The notes: a model not told the origin generated them from the sequence alone. Counted from the whole stretch's first letter, positions 1 through 13,562 are shown. The stretch: 63,808 nucleotides of DNA, filler included, from Octopus bimaculoides (GCF_001194135.2; 4 parts of 4 records of this genome joined end to end with filler, not necessarily neighbours in it); one strand, 5' to 3'. Translations and numbers: made by a program.

Positions 1-40
<40 letters not shown>

Positions 41-170
41 CTATGTATACACATATATATGCATGTGTACATGTATATATACATACATATATATGTGTGT
101 GTGTATATATATATGTACAAACATAGACACATATATATATATGTATTCATATTTATATATATATCAATGT

Positions 171-246
<76 letters not shown>

Positions 247-279
247 GTATACATCATGTATGTGTACTTGTATGTGCAC

Positions 280-315
<36 letters not shown>

Positions 316-658
316 TCACACACACATACGCGCATATGTGTACATGTATTATTTCTAGATAATTATTCCTCAAACCTTAGCTTGCCCCCTGTTTTCACCA
401 TTGTAGTCTTTGAATGTAAGACTGTCTGTGAGTCTCTTTCTCTCTGCCTGCTTTTGTATTTCTCTGTGTGTGTATATATATCTGCACATGAGTGTGTGTG
501 TATGGATAGACCAACAGACAGATAACTTGATAAAAGCATCGTTCTCTTTCCCACCCATTTAAAAAAAAAAATTTTACCATTTGTCTCCTTTTCTGTTCTG
601 TCTTGCTGTCTATCTTTCTGTCTGTCTGATTCTTCTCTGTCTCCCTCTTTCTCTTTCT

Positions 659-690
<32 letters not shown>

Positions 691-910
691 TTATCTATCC
701 AGCTATCTGGACACTTCTCTGTATACATCTGTGTTATTCTCTCTTTCTCTCACTCTTTTTCTAAGAGCCCATATATGTATAAATGCGAATATGATAATGT
801 ATTTGTATATATATGTGCATATACATCTATCTATCTATGTATCTATATCTTTTTCTATATAAATACATATATATACACAATACATATACATACATATATA
901 TATATATATG

Positions 911-1001
911 AGAGGGGAATATGTTGAATAAAATCATAATCAACAAATCCTCCTGTATTTTCTTTTAGGCAAAGCTACAAACATTTCAGCTCCACCTTGT
1001 A
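911..1001 (+). mobile_element. mariner-type DNA transposon 3' end remnant
   Basis: agaggggaatatgttgaataa = RGEYVE*, a typical mariner transposase C-terminus. Followed by a 3' UTR/TIR-like end similar to 2812-3013. Confidence 0.6.
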
Positions 1002-1007
1002 TATATG

Positions 1008-1078
<71 letters not shown>

Positions 1079-2811
1079 NNNNNNNNNNNNNNNNNNNNNN
1101 NNNNNNNNNNNNNNNNNNNNNNNNNNNNNNNNNNNNNNNNNNNNNNNNNNNNNNNNNNNNNNNNNNNNNNNNNNNNNNNNNNNNNNNNNNNNNNNNNNNN
1201 NNNNNNNNNNNNNNNNNNNNNNNNNNNNNNNNNNNNNNNNNNNNNNNNNNNNNNNNNNNNNNNNNNNNNNNNNNNNNNNNNNNNNNNNNNNNNNNNNNNN
1301 NNNNNNNNNNNNNNNNNNNNNNNNNNNNNNNNNNNNNNNNNNNNNNNNNNNNNNNNNNNNNNNNNNNNNNNNNNNNNNNNNNNNNNNNNNNNNNNNNNNN
1401 NNNNNNNNNNNNNNNATTATAAACCTCAAAAAGTCCAGGCCAAGTTATTATATCTGGTAAAGTACAGAACAAGAAAATATTTTTTCTTAAAATATTGCAG
1501 CTAAGGACAAAATTTCAAATAAAATATATATTTAGATTTTAAAAATATTAGCTAAAAATTTTATTACTAGTTATTACTTGTTACTTCTATTAAAATTAAA
1601 AAATAACTCTAAATATTTTTGCACTTTAAAAAAATTCATTTTTTAAAATTATTAGTTAATAATTAGAAATTTGAAAATAGGTTATAAAAAATAATAGTAG
1701 TACATAATTAGTTAGTACAATAAATAGAATAATACAAAAATTAGTTATATTACAGTAAAATCTCTCTATAACAACAAATTCACAGTAAAATTCCTGTGAG
1801 TTATTGCCTAAGTTATTGCCAAGTCTTTATATTTTTAGTCTTGATCCAATACCTATTTTTTACATAATGAATTTTCCTACCATATATACTGTTCTACTTT
1901 GCATAAAATTTTAGCTATATTGGTATTTCTGGATCTCATTTTTTAAGTATTCTAGTGTGTCATTATTTTACAAAAATGATGGTACCTTTTTTAATTATAA
2001 TGTTATTTTGTAAATTACAATCAAATGATTTTTAATAATCAAATTTTATCCTTAACTGCAATATTTTAAGTAAAACTTTTCCTTGTTCTGTACTTTACCA
2101 GATGTAATAACTTGTTTTGAACTTTTCCAAGTGTAATAACTTGTCCTGTAATTTTCCAGGTTTATAATCTTAACAATATTATTTCTCTTCCCCACATTTT
2201 TCCACCTAATCCATGTTTTTTCCAGGCTATGCTATTATGCTAATTAATAATGTGTCAAATGTGTCAATTAGAAGTGTTGTTGATAATTTTTTCCTTACCT
2301 CAATGATGTTGGTAACATATATTAAAAGTTTTGTTGCATGGGATCAAAACTATGAAATTTGTCATGCTTTGTTCTATCATTGAAGCTAATATAAATATAT
2401 TTTGCTTTTAAAATAAAAAAGTTATTTAGATCTAAACTTGATTGGAGGTGTTACTTACTCTCCTATAACATTGCCACAAATATTGATGTAAGCTTTTTTC
2501 TACAGGACCAAATCTCAATTTTCTTATGCCAGAATATAGCTAGGGACCAGTCCTCTTTAAAAATGTTAACGGTTTTTCAATTTGGTTAAGAACTGAATTA
2601 GCGACAAGCTCAGAAAGATGCTGTGTGTGAGTAAATTGTGGCCTTAAGAATATTATTCAACTACTACCATAGTTAAATGATATGNNNNNNNNNNNNNNNN
2701 NNNNNNNNNNNNNNNNNNNNNNNNNNNNNNNNNNNNNNNNNNNNNNNNNNNNNNNNNNNNNNNNNNNNNNNNNNNNNNNNNNNNNNNNNNNNNNNNNNNN
2801 NNNNNNNNNNN

Positions 2812-3013
2812 GGTCCAGGCTTTAAGGGTATCACGAAAGGGTTGGTTGGAGTCCCAGCCTTCCGAGTTCTTTCACAGGGCTTAGAAAACCTGAAGGACCA
2901 TTGTAATAAGTGTGTGAATCTGAGAGGGCAATATGTTGAATAAATTCATAATTAACTGATTCTCCTGTATTTTCTTTTACCTAAAGCCAGGAACTTTTCA
3001 GCAGCCCCTCATC
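2812..3013 (+). mobile_element. mariner transposon 3' end (transposase C-terminus + right TIR)
   Basis: Frameshifted WLESQPSEFF / QGLENLKDHCNKCVNLRGQYVE*, then TIR-like aggaacttttcagcagcccctc. Left side lost in an N gap. Confidence 0.8.
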
Positions 3014-3469
3014 TATAGATGTGTGACTGTGCTTGTATATGTGTGTGTATGTGTGTGTATGTGTGTGTATGTGAGTTTGTGCGTGTGTATGTGTGTGTAC
3101 GTGTGTATGAGTTTGTGTGTATGGGGGGGGGTGAATGCGTATGTCTATTCTGACTTTAGAATGTGGAAAGGTTAGGAACCCAGCAATGCTCCCCTTTTTC
3201 CAAGCAGTAAAAATGATTTTATAACACACTAGGTCAAGACAGCCTGGAACTTTTGCTAAGAGACAAGGGTTGGAATCATGGAAGAGAACGTTTTCTGTTT
3301 TTTTTTGAAAAGCAGGAGAGAATTTCAAACAGTCTGGATGCTGGGATACTGTTGCTAAACCCACACTATTCTCATTGCACCAATATGTATGTGTGGGTGT
3401 TTGTGTGTGTGTGATGACATGCACACATACACACACACCACAAACTGACAAAAAGATACATAGATAGAT

Positions 3470-3482
3470 ATGGATCAGTAGG

Positions 3483-3532
<50 letters not shown>

Positions 3533-3578
3533 TAGATAGATAGATTGATAGAGAGATAGATAGATAGAGAGATAGATA

Positions 3579-3615
<37 letters not shown>

Positions 3616-3830
3616 CAGATTGATTGATATATAGAAGCACAAACAGATGGATAAATATATAGGAAGAAAAATAGCTAGATAGATAGACTGATAGACAGAC
3701 AAACACACAGACAGAAATAAATAGATAGATACAGGTAAATGGATTGAAAGGTAGATAAACAGATAGATAGATAGATAAACAACAGACAGACAGACATATA
3801 GATAGATAGATACATACATAAATAAATACA
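3470..3830. repeat. (ATAG)n/(ACAG)n compound microsatellite
   Basis: Direct reading of tandem tetranucleotides. Confidence 0.9.
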
Positions 3831-4485
3831 TACATGAATATATACATGTATAAAAAACTAAATTCATACACACAGACCTGCACAAATACAGGCAGACAAA
3901 CGAACAGACAAACACAGATAGATGGAACAATTGAAAGAAACCAGCATTTTAGAAATTCTAAGCCTCACTACTTCAGATACAATTTAAAATGAAAAAAAAA
4001 ATGATTACTTTCAGAAGATAAAAGATACAAATACATTCGTGGATAAGACAAAACAGAAGTGTTTCTTTGTCAATAACGGAATATATATAATATTTTAGAA
4101 ATTTATATTTAGAATTATATCATAATTTTCTATGATTTTCATTGAAAAGTCTTTGAAGAATTGTTTAAAATGAAATAAAAAACTGTTGCTGAAATACAAA
4201 TGGAGGGCAAATAGATTTTGAATTTGAAAGGAAAGAAAAAAAAGATGGAGGATATAATGGAGGGAGAAATAACTTGTTTTTTAGGATGAATTGACTTCAA
4301 AGCTACCTGTAGAATGTTGTAGAAATATTTTAGAAATTGTAGGAATTTTGTGTGTTTAAATATGTGTTTGTAGGTTTGTGGTTTGTCAGTGTGTTTGTTA
4401 ATACATTTATTAATGTGCATGTGCATGTGCAAATGTGTGTGTGTATGTATGTACATGTGTGTGTGTGTGTGTGTGTCTGTGTATA

Positions 4486-4546
<61 letters not shown>

Positions 4547-5443
4547 NNNNNNNNNNNNNNNNNNNNNNNNNNNNNNNNNNNNNNNNNNNNNNNNNNNNNN
4601 NNNNNNNNNNNNNNNNNNNNNNNNNNNNNNNNNNNNNNNNNNNNNNNNNNNNNNNNNNNNNNNNNNNNNNNNNNNNNNNNNNNNNNNNNNNNNNNNNNNN
4701 NNNNNNNNNNNNNNNNNNNNNNNNNNNNNNNNNNNNNNNNNNNNNNNNNNNNNNNNNNNNNNNNNNNNNNNNNNNNNNNNNNNNNNNNNNNNNNNNNNNN
4801 NNNNNNNNNNNNNNNNNNNNNNNNNNNNNNNNNNNNNNNNNNNNNNNNNNNNNNNNNNNNNNNNNNNNNNNNNNNNNNNNNNNNNNNNNNNNNNNNNNNN
4901 NNNNNNNNNNNNNNNNNNNNNNNNNNNNNNNNNNNNNNNNNNNNNNNNNNNNNNNNNNNNNNNNNNNNNNNNNNNNNNNNNNNNNNNNNNNNNNNNNNNN
5001 NNNNNNNNNNNNNNNNNNNNNNNNNNNNNNNNNNNNNNNNNNNNNNNNNNNNNNNNNNNNNNNNNNNNNNNNNNNNNNNNNNNNNNNNNNNNNNNNNNNN
5101 NNNNNNNNNNNNNNNNNNNNNNNNNNNNNNNNNNNNNNNNNNNNNNNNNNNNNNNNNNNNNNNNNNNNNNNNNNNNNNNNNNNNNNATATATATATATAT
5201 ATAAATGCACAAAGATCTATATATATGCATATTAATATATACATGCTCACACACACACACACATATATAGTATTTATGAATGCATGTACTCCTGCACACA
5301 TACATACACATAATACCCAAGCATGAACATATTTAATATTCACAGACACATATACATACACACACATGTATTATAGTTATATAGTACTTATGCATGGATG
5401 TACTCCAGCACACATCAATGCATTCACACACAGACACATGCAT

Positions 5444-5484
<41 letters not shown>

Positions 5485-6069
5485 NNNNNNNNNNATATAT
5501 ATAGATAAATAGATAGACATAGTACACATACTCACACATACATATATACATACATACATATATATATATATATGGAGTACTCATGCACACACACATATAT
5601 ATATATAATACACATATACATATCTACATATATTTCTAGTACTCATACACACACATACATATATATAACACTACTATACACCTATACAGCACTCACTCAT
5701 GGGCTCACACACACACACATACACACACATCTATAATTCATCCATCTTTTTATCAGCATTATTATTATTATTATTTACTGTCCTTTTGAAATTCAGTATT
5801 TTTCCCTCCTCTGTCAAAACACCTAATTATATTTAGACGAGGATTTATTCATTTTATATTTTAATATTTTGGGAAATGTGTTTTAGTTATTTTTGCATTT
5901 TCAGAAGGGAAGGGTTTTTAGAAAATGAATATAACGATGACGATGACGACGATGATGATTGTGATGATGATGGTGATGATGATGATGATGATGGTGGTAG
6001 TGGTGCTAGTGATGGTGGCGGTAGTGGGGAAGATGGTATAGTTATTAGAAATAATGATATATATCTTTT

Positions 6070-6113
<44 letters not shown>

Positions 6114-6216
6114 TTACAGACATATAGGTATATGTATATATACATATATATACACATACATGCATCTACACATATATATATATGTGGGTGTTGTGTGTAT
6201 AGAGAGAGAGAGACAC

Positions 6217-6260
<44 letters not shown>

Positions 6261-6455
6261 NNNNNNNNNNATATATATATATATATATATAGATATAGAT
6301 ATATAGATATATACACACATGTATATACATATGCGTGTATGTATATATAGACACCTATATATTATATTTATATGTATAAATGCATATATATGTATGTATG
6401 TATGTATGTATATAGACACCCATACATATTTGTATGTATATATACATACATATCT

Positions 6456-6760
6456 GGAGGCACAATGGCCCAGTGGTTAGGGCAGTGGACTTGCAGTCTG
6501 AGGATCGCGGTTTCGATTCCCAGACCGGGCGTTGTGTGTGTTTATTGAGCGAAAACACCTAAAGCTCCACGAGGCTCTGGAAGGGGGGGGGGACTCCTGT
6601 TGTACTCGTTCGCCCCAACTTTCTCTCACTCTTTCTTCCTGTTTCTTGAGTAACGCTGTGATGGACTGGCGTCCCGTCCAGCTGGGGGGGGGGGAACACA
6701 TACGCCATAGAAACCAGGAAACCGGGCCCATGAGCCTAGCTAGGCTTTAAAAAGGCGCAA
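6456..6760 (+). mobile_element. tRNA-derived SINE, family D (full length)
   Basis: Head ggaggcacaatggcccagtggttag (A box-like) and ggtttcgattcc (B box-like). Head homologous to the reverse copy at 12121-12221. Ends in an A-rich tail. Confidence 0.85.
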
Positions 6761-7217
6761 AGAAGAAAAATACATATATATATATGTCGTCATCATCATC
6801 ATCATATATATGTATATATTTCATAACAGCTTGACTCAGCGCCATGTAGCCTACAGTTACGTGGCCATGTAGAACAGACCTATTCCATCAGATGATAAGA
6901 GGCTGCGAGTAAGCATTAGATGAGGAGATGGACTTATTTCTCAGCATCCATGAAACCTACAATGTAGAGAGTTAACTCAAACCATTATCAAAAACTTCAT
7001 GTGACTCTTACCAAATGTGCCATGTGCCACTTTCTTTCATTTGTCTACACACTTGTATGTAATTGAATTCCATTATATGTGCCTGTCATTGGACAGTGGC
7101 CAGACTGGAGCAGTGCCTTGTATAGTTAGTTAAAGAAATTGACTCTAGATTATGTTTAATCTGGAAGGCCTTTGTTCCACTATTTTTCTTCTTGGACAAT
7201 CATTTATGGTAGAGGTC

Positions 7218-7434
7218 AAGGTGGTGAGGTGGCAGAAATGTTAGCACGCTGGGCAAAATGCTTAGAGGTATTTCGTCTGTCTTTACATTCTGAGTTCAAA
7301 TTCCGCTGAGGTCAACTTTGCCTTTTATCCTTTCGGGGTCGATAAATTAAGTACCAGTTGTGTACTGGAGTCGATCTAATCGACTGGACCCCTCCCACAA
7401 AATTTAGGGCCTTGTGCCTGGAGTAGAAAGGATT
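7218..7434 (+). mobile_element. tRNA-derived SINE, family C
   Basis: aaggtggtgaggtggcagaa...gagttcaaattcc B box-like motif. Multiple homologous copies in the window. Confidence 0.85.
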
Positions 7435-7569
7435 TATGGTAGCGGTCATAAACAAACGAACATTGGTTTTCAAGCAACAGTGGGAAGAGTCACAGACAGA
7501 AATACAAACACACACACATTTACAAGTTGTAAGGTAGATAAACACAATTAGTCTCAATAATCTTTCATT

Positions 7570-7775
7570 CTTTTACTTGTTTCAGTTATTTCACTGTGGC
7601 CATGCTGGAGCACCACCTCAGAGGGCTTTTTAGTAAAAAAAAAAAATCAACCCAAGGAACTATTCTTTCTAAGCCTAGTATTTATTCTACTGGTTTCTTT
7701 TCCCAAACTGCTAAGTTACAGGGATGTAAACACACCAACATCGGTTGTCTAGTGGGGGGGACAAACAGAGGCACA
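7570..7775 (-). mobile_element. family A SINE 3' part
   Basis: ttttacttgtttcag...ggccatgctggagcacc is the reverse complement of the family A tail. Confidence 0.75.
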
Positions 7776-7899
7776 AAGACCCACATGTATAAATGTTTCC
7801 TTATATATATATATATATTTGGGTTCACCGCTTCTTTCCCCTTTATTATCTCCCCTTTGCTTAGCTCTCTTGTGTGAACTTTCTGTCCGGCAGTCGCCA

Positions 7900-8081
7900 T
7901 GATAGATCGCTGACCACTGCATTTAAATTTTTTTTCTATTTGTTTTTCTCCTTATTTCTTTCTGTTGAAGAGAGTAGCTCGAAACGTTAAGGACTTTCTC
8001 TATTCCCGAGCATTAAACTAATACATCCTATTGTTGTTTACACCACCTGTCCTCGTCTGTTGTTTTTTTCGTAAATTCTCC
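7900..8081 (+). mobile_element. Penelope-like element terminal (pseudo-LTR) remnant
   Basis: ctgttgaagag...ctcgaaacgtt hammerhead-like motif typical of PLE termini. Homologous reverse copy at 42833-43008. Followed by (TA)n. Confidence 0.45.
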
Positions 8082-8102
8082 TATATATATATATATATAT
8101 AT

Positions 8103-8537
8103 GGTGGCTGTCTTCTCCTTATGCAGAGTTTGACCACTTCCTGTACTTACATCTTAGATCCATCATGGCATTTTGAAAAGACACCCGCATAGACTGCATA
8201 TCCAATTTGGACCACCGAGAGCTGCTGTTAAGTTCTGATCTTTGTGGATCTTAAAATGTCTTTTGGGGCCTCCATTAGATTAGCAAACCTTCTGGCATAC
8301 ACTGCATTGAAAGGTGTGCACAGACATACAGGCCGAATAGTTGGTGGAGGTTCGTTTTCCATGGGTTCGCAAATGAGATTTGAGCCCAGCAAAAGACAGG
8401 CATGGTCTGTCACAAACTGTGCTCACAGAAAGGTCTCCGAGATTCACATTCTTCTTTAAATCTCTCTTGAGTCCTGCACATGTCATCCTGGCCTCTGCAA
8501 ACACTTTCATGTCACTCCACACTTTTGGTCAGTTTTA
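8103..8537 (-). mobile_element. RTE-like LINE 3' end (ORF C-terminus with two C2H2-like motifs, 3' UTR, (TA)n tail)
   Basis: Minus-strand reading WSDMKVFAEARM...CDRPCLSFAGLKSHLRTH...CSVCQKVC*SNGGPKRHFKIH. The C-x-S-x-x-GL-x-SH-x-R-x-H motif resembles RTE-clade ORF termini. Confidence 0.7.
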
Positions 8538-9039
8538 ATTTAAACTTGATTAATCATCAAACCTACAATAAAATCGGCTCCGCCTATGACCATCCTGCCA
8601 TAATTGGCACAAAGTATATCTATGAGCAAGTAATCTAATATGTCATTTCTTTCTTAAAGACATTGGATATGACTTGAGATATGGCTGCTGATACTAATAA
8701 TTCTAAGCACACCTGAGATTTGTCATACATGTATGTGTATATATGTATGTATATATGTGCTTATGTGTGGTGTATATTCATATATGTGTGTATGTTTGTG
8801 TATACATGTGTATATATATATTTATTTATATATATATATATATACATATATGTGTGTGCATGTCTGTGTATATGTGTGTGTGCATATGTATGTATTTGTG
8901 CAGGTGTGTATGTATAAATATGTATTTGTGTATGTATGAGCATATGAATATGTATATATGTGTATGTATATATGTGTGGGTGTGCACATATGAGTGCATA
9001 CATATGTGTGTACATGTGTGTGTGTGCATACATATATAC

Positions 9040-9374
9040 ATGTACACACATACATGCACTTATATATATATATATATACATACATGTGTGTGTATGTATG
9101 CATGTATGTATATGTGTGTGTGCTTGTGTGTATGCATATAAGCATATATATACATATATGTATGCTTGTACACACACATATATATATATACACTTGTGTG
9201 AGTGTACGCACATGTGTGTGTGTGTGTATATATATAGATATATATATATATATATACATGTGTGTGTGTGTGTGCATGTATGTATATGTGTGTGCATGCA
9301 TATAAGCATATATATACATATATGTATGCTTGTACACACACATATATATATACACTTGTGTGAGTGTACGCACA

Positions 9375-9412
<38 letters not shown>

Positions 9413-9540
9413 CATGTGTGTGTGTGTGTGCATGTATGTATATGTGTGTGCTTGTGTGTATGCATATAAGCATATATATACATATATGTATGCATATACA
9501 CACACATATATATACACTCGTGTGAGTGTACACACGTGTA
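9040..9540. repeat. 164-bp x3 minisatellite made of dinucleotide repeats
   Basis: Anchor gcatataagcatatatatacatatatgtatgc at 9134, 9298 and 9462. Confidence 0.85.
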
Positions 9541-9563
9541 TGTGTGTGTGCATGTGCATGTGC

Positions 9564-9685
<122 letters not shown>

Positions 9686-9869
9686 TCTACCCAGAATGAT
9701 TCATATTTTGCTGCTGGTAAAAGAGGGTTCATTTTAAGAATAACTAATTGGATGAAATCGGTAAATCAGTCGCAAGAGCGTTCGAGAAAATTGAAGGAAA
9801 TTTTCTCCAAGACCTTCCAACCTTAAACTTGGTTACAATATGATTACTTAATAATCCAATATTCTCCAT

Positions 9870-10510
9870 GACAGGATCAAACGAGACAGCCTCGGTGTCA
9901 TTTGTGGTGAGCTAGAAATAGCAAGAAAATCCCCTCCCCTGAAGTTATATGGTTATATAGCCAACTGTTTTTGCAGTTAGGATGGAGATATTATTAGATA
10001 ATGTAGTCCTTGATATACTTATACATGAATAAAAGATGGGATGGTAATATGTGGAATAATATATTTCATCTTATGTATGTTGAATCAGGACTGAACTGAC
10101 CTGGGGCTATAGAACACTGACAACAAAAACAATTATAGCCACTAACACTAACTGCTACATTAGATAATGTAGTCCAAGATACATTATGTTTAAATGAAAG
10201 ATGGGACAGTCATGGCTTTGATCGTAGGTCTGACCTCGGGTTAAACAGCAGCAACAACAACAATAGCCACTAATACTAACTACTGTACTATACATAAGAT
10301 AATGTAGTCCCAGATACACTATGCCTGAATAAAAGATGGGATGGTCCTAGCTGGAACGTCTTTCATTATGAGTCAACTGGATCTGGACTGACCTGGGGGT
10401 TAAACAACAACAACAATTATAGCCACCTAATACTAACTACTATACTGTACATCAGATAGTGTAGTCCAAGATACACTATGCCTGAATATAAAATTAGATA
10501 GTCATAGATT
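9870..10510 (+). mobile_element. family E SINE-like element with tandemly amplified 3' part
   Basis: ctagaaatagca body shared with 54150-54290, 59396-59590 (rc) and 61830-62085 (rc). agataatgtagtcc-like anchor recurs at 9996, 10162, 10297 and 10454. Confidence 0.7.
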
Positions 10511-10828
10511 TGTTTTGATCAGGTGCCATGCCCAAGGTGCCACGCCCAAGGTGTTTGGTAAGCAAGCTACTTACCACACAGCCACTCCTGTGTCATGTTC
10601 ACACAGTGTACACATAATAACACTGTACCCCATGAGATGATTTTATGGAAGAGTAAGTGATTTATTTGATAATAATCGTGTCTAGATTAGAATCTGCGTT
10701 CCATCCTTTTTCGGGTTGATAAAATTAGGAACAGTTAAACACTGGGGTTGATATAATCAACTAGACCCTTCCCTCTCGAAATTGCTGGCCTTGTGGCAAA
10801 ATTTCAAACCAATATAAAGTTAAGTACC

Positions 10829-11035
10829 AAGGCAGCAAACTGACTGAAACATTACTGCGCCAGGCACAATGGTTATCAGCATTTTGTCTGTCTTTGCGTT
10901 CTGAGTTCAAATTCTTCTGAGGTCAGCTTTGCCTTTCATCCTTTTGGGGCCGAAAAAATAAGTAGTGGTCAAACACTAGGGGCGATGTAATCAACTTGCC
11001 CCTCCTCCAGAATTCCTGGCTTTGTGCCAAAATTT
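10829..11035 (+). mobile_element. family C SINE (preceded by a partial copy ~10690-10806)
   Basis: Homologous to 7218-7434. Confidence 0.75.
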
Positions 11036-11331
11036 AAAACCGTTTCTGCTATTATTTTATAATATTGTTATAAATCACGTTATTATTGTTTTCATATTAA
11101 TTTTTTTTATTAATAATAAATATTATATATTACCAAAAAAAACAAAAAAAACAAACAAATTTGGCACTTTTTTGAAAAATCATAAATTACAAAGAATTTC
11201 AGCTAAAGTTCCAATCTAGATATAATTATTATCAAATAGATCATTCACCATTCCATAAGAAAAAAAAACATATTGCGACTTAACAAATTCCCCTACTATT
11301 AAAATAATAATAACAATAATAATAATAGTAA

Positions 11332-11392
<61 letters not shown>

Positions 11393-11935
11393 TAATAATA
11401 ATAATGAGGATGATGATGATGATGATTATAATATTAATGAATGAATTCATATATAAAATACAAAAATTAACAAAAATAGCTCATTTGGTAATTAATTGTC
11501 TGAGAACGAATGGAAACAACAACAAAAACAAAAAAACAATTAACAGATTTTTATCTAAATTACAACAAGTTCATCCACCTAGAATATTTATTGTATTTTA
11601 TTTATTTATTTTTTTAATTTTTATTTTTGTAGGTACAGTCATAGCTGTCTGGTTAAGAAGCCCATGTGGTAAACAAGTGGTTCCAGGGTCAGTCCCACTG
11701 TGTGGCAACAGCTGGAGGATATGACTCTGTGTGTCCTGTAACCCAATACAATCAATGCCTTACGAGTGAATTTAGGAGATGGAAATTGTGAGGAAGCCTG
11801 TCATGCATATATCTATATATATATATATATATATATAGATTTATATATATACATATTGTAGCATGTTCACACAGTGTATGCAAAGTGATACTGCACTCCA
11901 TTAACTTTTGTGTGTGTTTTATATACATGTATATA

Positions 11936-12097
11936 GGCGCAGGAGTGGCTGTGTGGTAAGAAGCTTGCTTCCCAACCACATGGTTCTGGATTCAGTCCGA
12001 CTGTGTGGCACCTTGGGCAAGTGTCTTCTACTATAGCCTCAGGCTGACCAAGCCTTGTGGGTGGATTTGGCAGACATAAAATTGAAAGAAGCCCATC
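11936..12097 (+). mobile_element. tRNA-derived SINE, family A 5' part
   Basis: ggcgcaggagtggctgtgtggtaag (A box-like)...ggattcagtcc (B box-like)...ccttgggcaagtgtctt core. Confidence 0.85.
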
Positions 12098-12120
12098 ATA
12101 TATATATATANNNNNNNNNN

Positions 12121-12221
12121 GTTTTCTCTCAATAAACACACACAACGCTTGGTCTGGGAATCGAAACCTCAATCCTCCGATGGCTAGTCCGCTGCCCTAA
12201 CCACTGGGCCATTGCGCCGCC
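12121..12221 (-). mobile_element. family D SINE head
   Basis: Reverse complement of the 6456 head; cut by an N gap. Confidence 0.8.
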
Positions 12222-12240
12222 ACATATGTATATATAGATG

Positions 12241-12292
<52 letters not shown>

Positions 12293-12648
12293 CATGTATA
12301 TATATTTGTGTATATGCATATATAGATGCATGTATATGTCTATATCTAAAGACACACATATATGTATTTTGTATTATCTGAAATAGAATACCTACTTATC
12401 GATTAATCCACAAAAATTGAATATTGACTTTTATCAGATACTTTGTATATTTATAGATAAATATATAAATATACAATAAATATATAATATACGATAAACA
12501 AGACCTCGAAGTATGATATGTAGATGCATATAACACTGTAGGGTTACACCTGATTGATTTGGAAATTTGTTTTCCCAAATTATTTATATACATATGTATA
12601 TATATACATATACACATATATGTATGTACATATATGAATGTGTGTGTC

Positions 12649-12862
12649 ACCATTTCGAGCGTGGCCGTTTTCGTGCGGGTGACACGTAAAAGCACCCACT
12701 ACACTCTCTGAGTGGTTGGCATTAGGAAGGGCATCCAGCTGTAGAAACTCTGCCAAATTAGATTGGAGCCTGGTGTTGCCATCCGGTTTCACCAGTCCTC
12801 AGTCAAATCGTCCAACCCATGCTAGCATGGAAAGCGGACGTTAAACGATGATGATGATGATA
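12649..12862 (+). mobile_element. family B SINE 3' part with (GAT)n tail
   Basis: gagtggttggcattaggaagggcatccagctg...gcggacgttaaacgatgatgat; near-identical to 30077-30356. Confidence 0.85.
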
Positions 12863-13562
12863 CATACATATATATATTTGAAGTTAAGCAACAAAAATTC
12901 AATAGGTTATAGCAGTACGTACGTTTCGTACAAGCTCCATTTATTCATGTAGTGATAACACTACAGAAAATACAATGAAAATGTACTCCTCAGCTGCATA
13001 ATGGAATTTCATTTTAGAAAGTCATTTTGAAGATCTTTGCAAAAAACAAGAGTATATATATGTGCGTGTGTATATATATATATATATATGGTTCGGTGGT
13101 TAGCCCATCAGGCTCACAACCATGAGATACTGAAGAGTAAGTTTGACTACCCCAGGGGTGTCAATGACTCTCGCCACAACATCCCCCCACCTTTGAGATC
13201 GACTTCTGCTGTAAAATTAATATTATTATTTTTATTTATTTATTTTTCTTCACGGATACAATATTGACTTATAAACCTACAGTATACTTAACAGTGTATA
13301 ATGGTATTTAAGCAATGTGTTTGTGGATAGTTCACAGCCTAGGTGAGGTACTGATGAAAGGGTAGTAATACTCAAAATGTGCATGTACACCCATTACCTA
13401 TTTTTACTATTTTTTCTATCTCTCATAGCACTGTTTACACAGCCATTTCTGAAACGTTGTAACTTACATTGTTGGCCTTGAATTCTATAAAATACTTAAT
13501 AGTATATTATGGTTACAAAATATATTGTTGCCTTGCCAGCAATCAAATGTGTACATGTGTAC

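Noticed and set aside
407-415. 9-nt microexon-like TCTTTGAAT between ttgtag and gtaaga
   Set aside because: A single isolated motif of a kind expected by chance several times in 64 kb of AT-rich DNA.
3150-3380. Stop-free unique stretch on the minus strand (HPDCLKFSPAF...)
   Set aside because: No recognisable domain and no convincing splice sites.
6456-6530. tRNA genes at SINE heads (here and at other head copies)
   Set aside because: A and B box-like motifs are present but there is no complete cloverleaf, and each continues into a SINE body.
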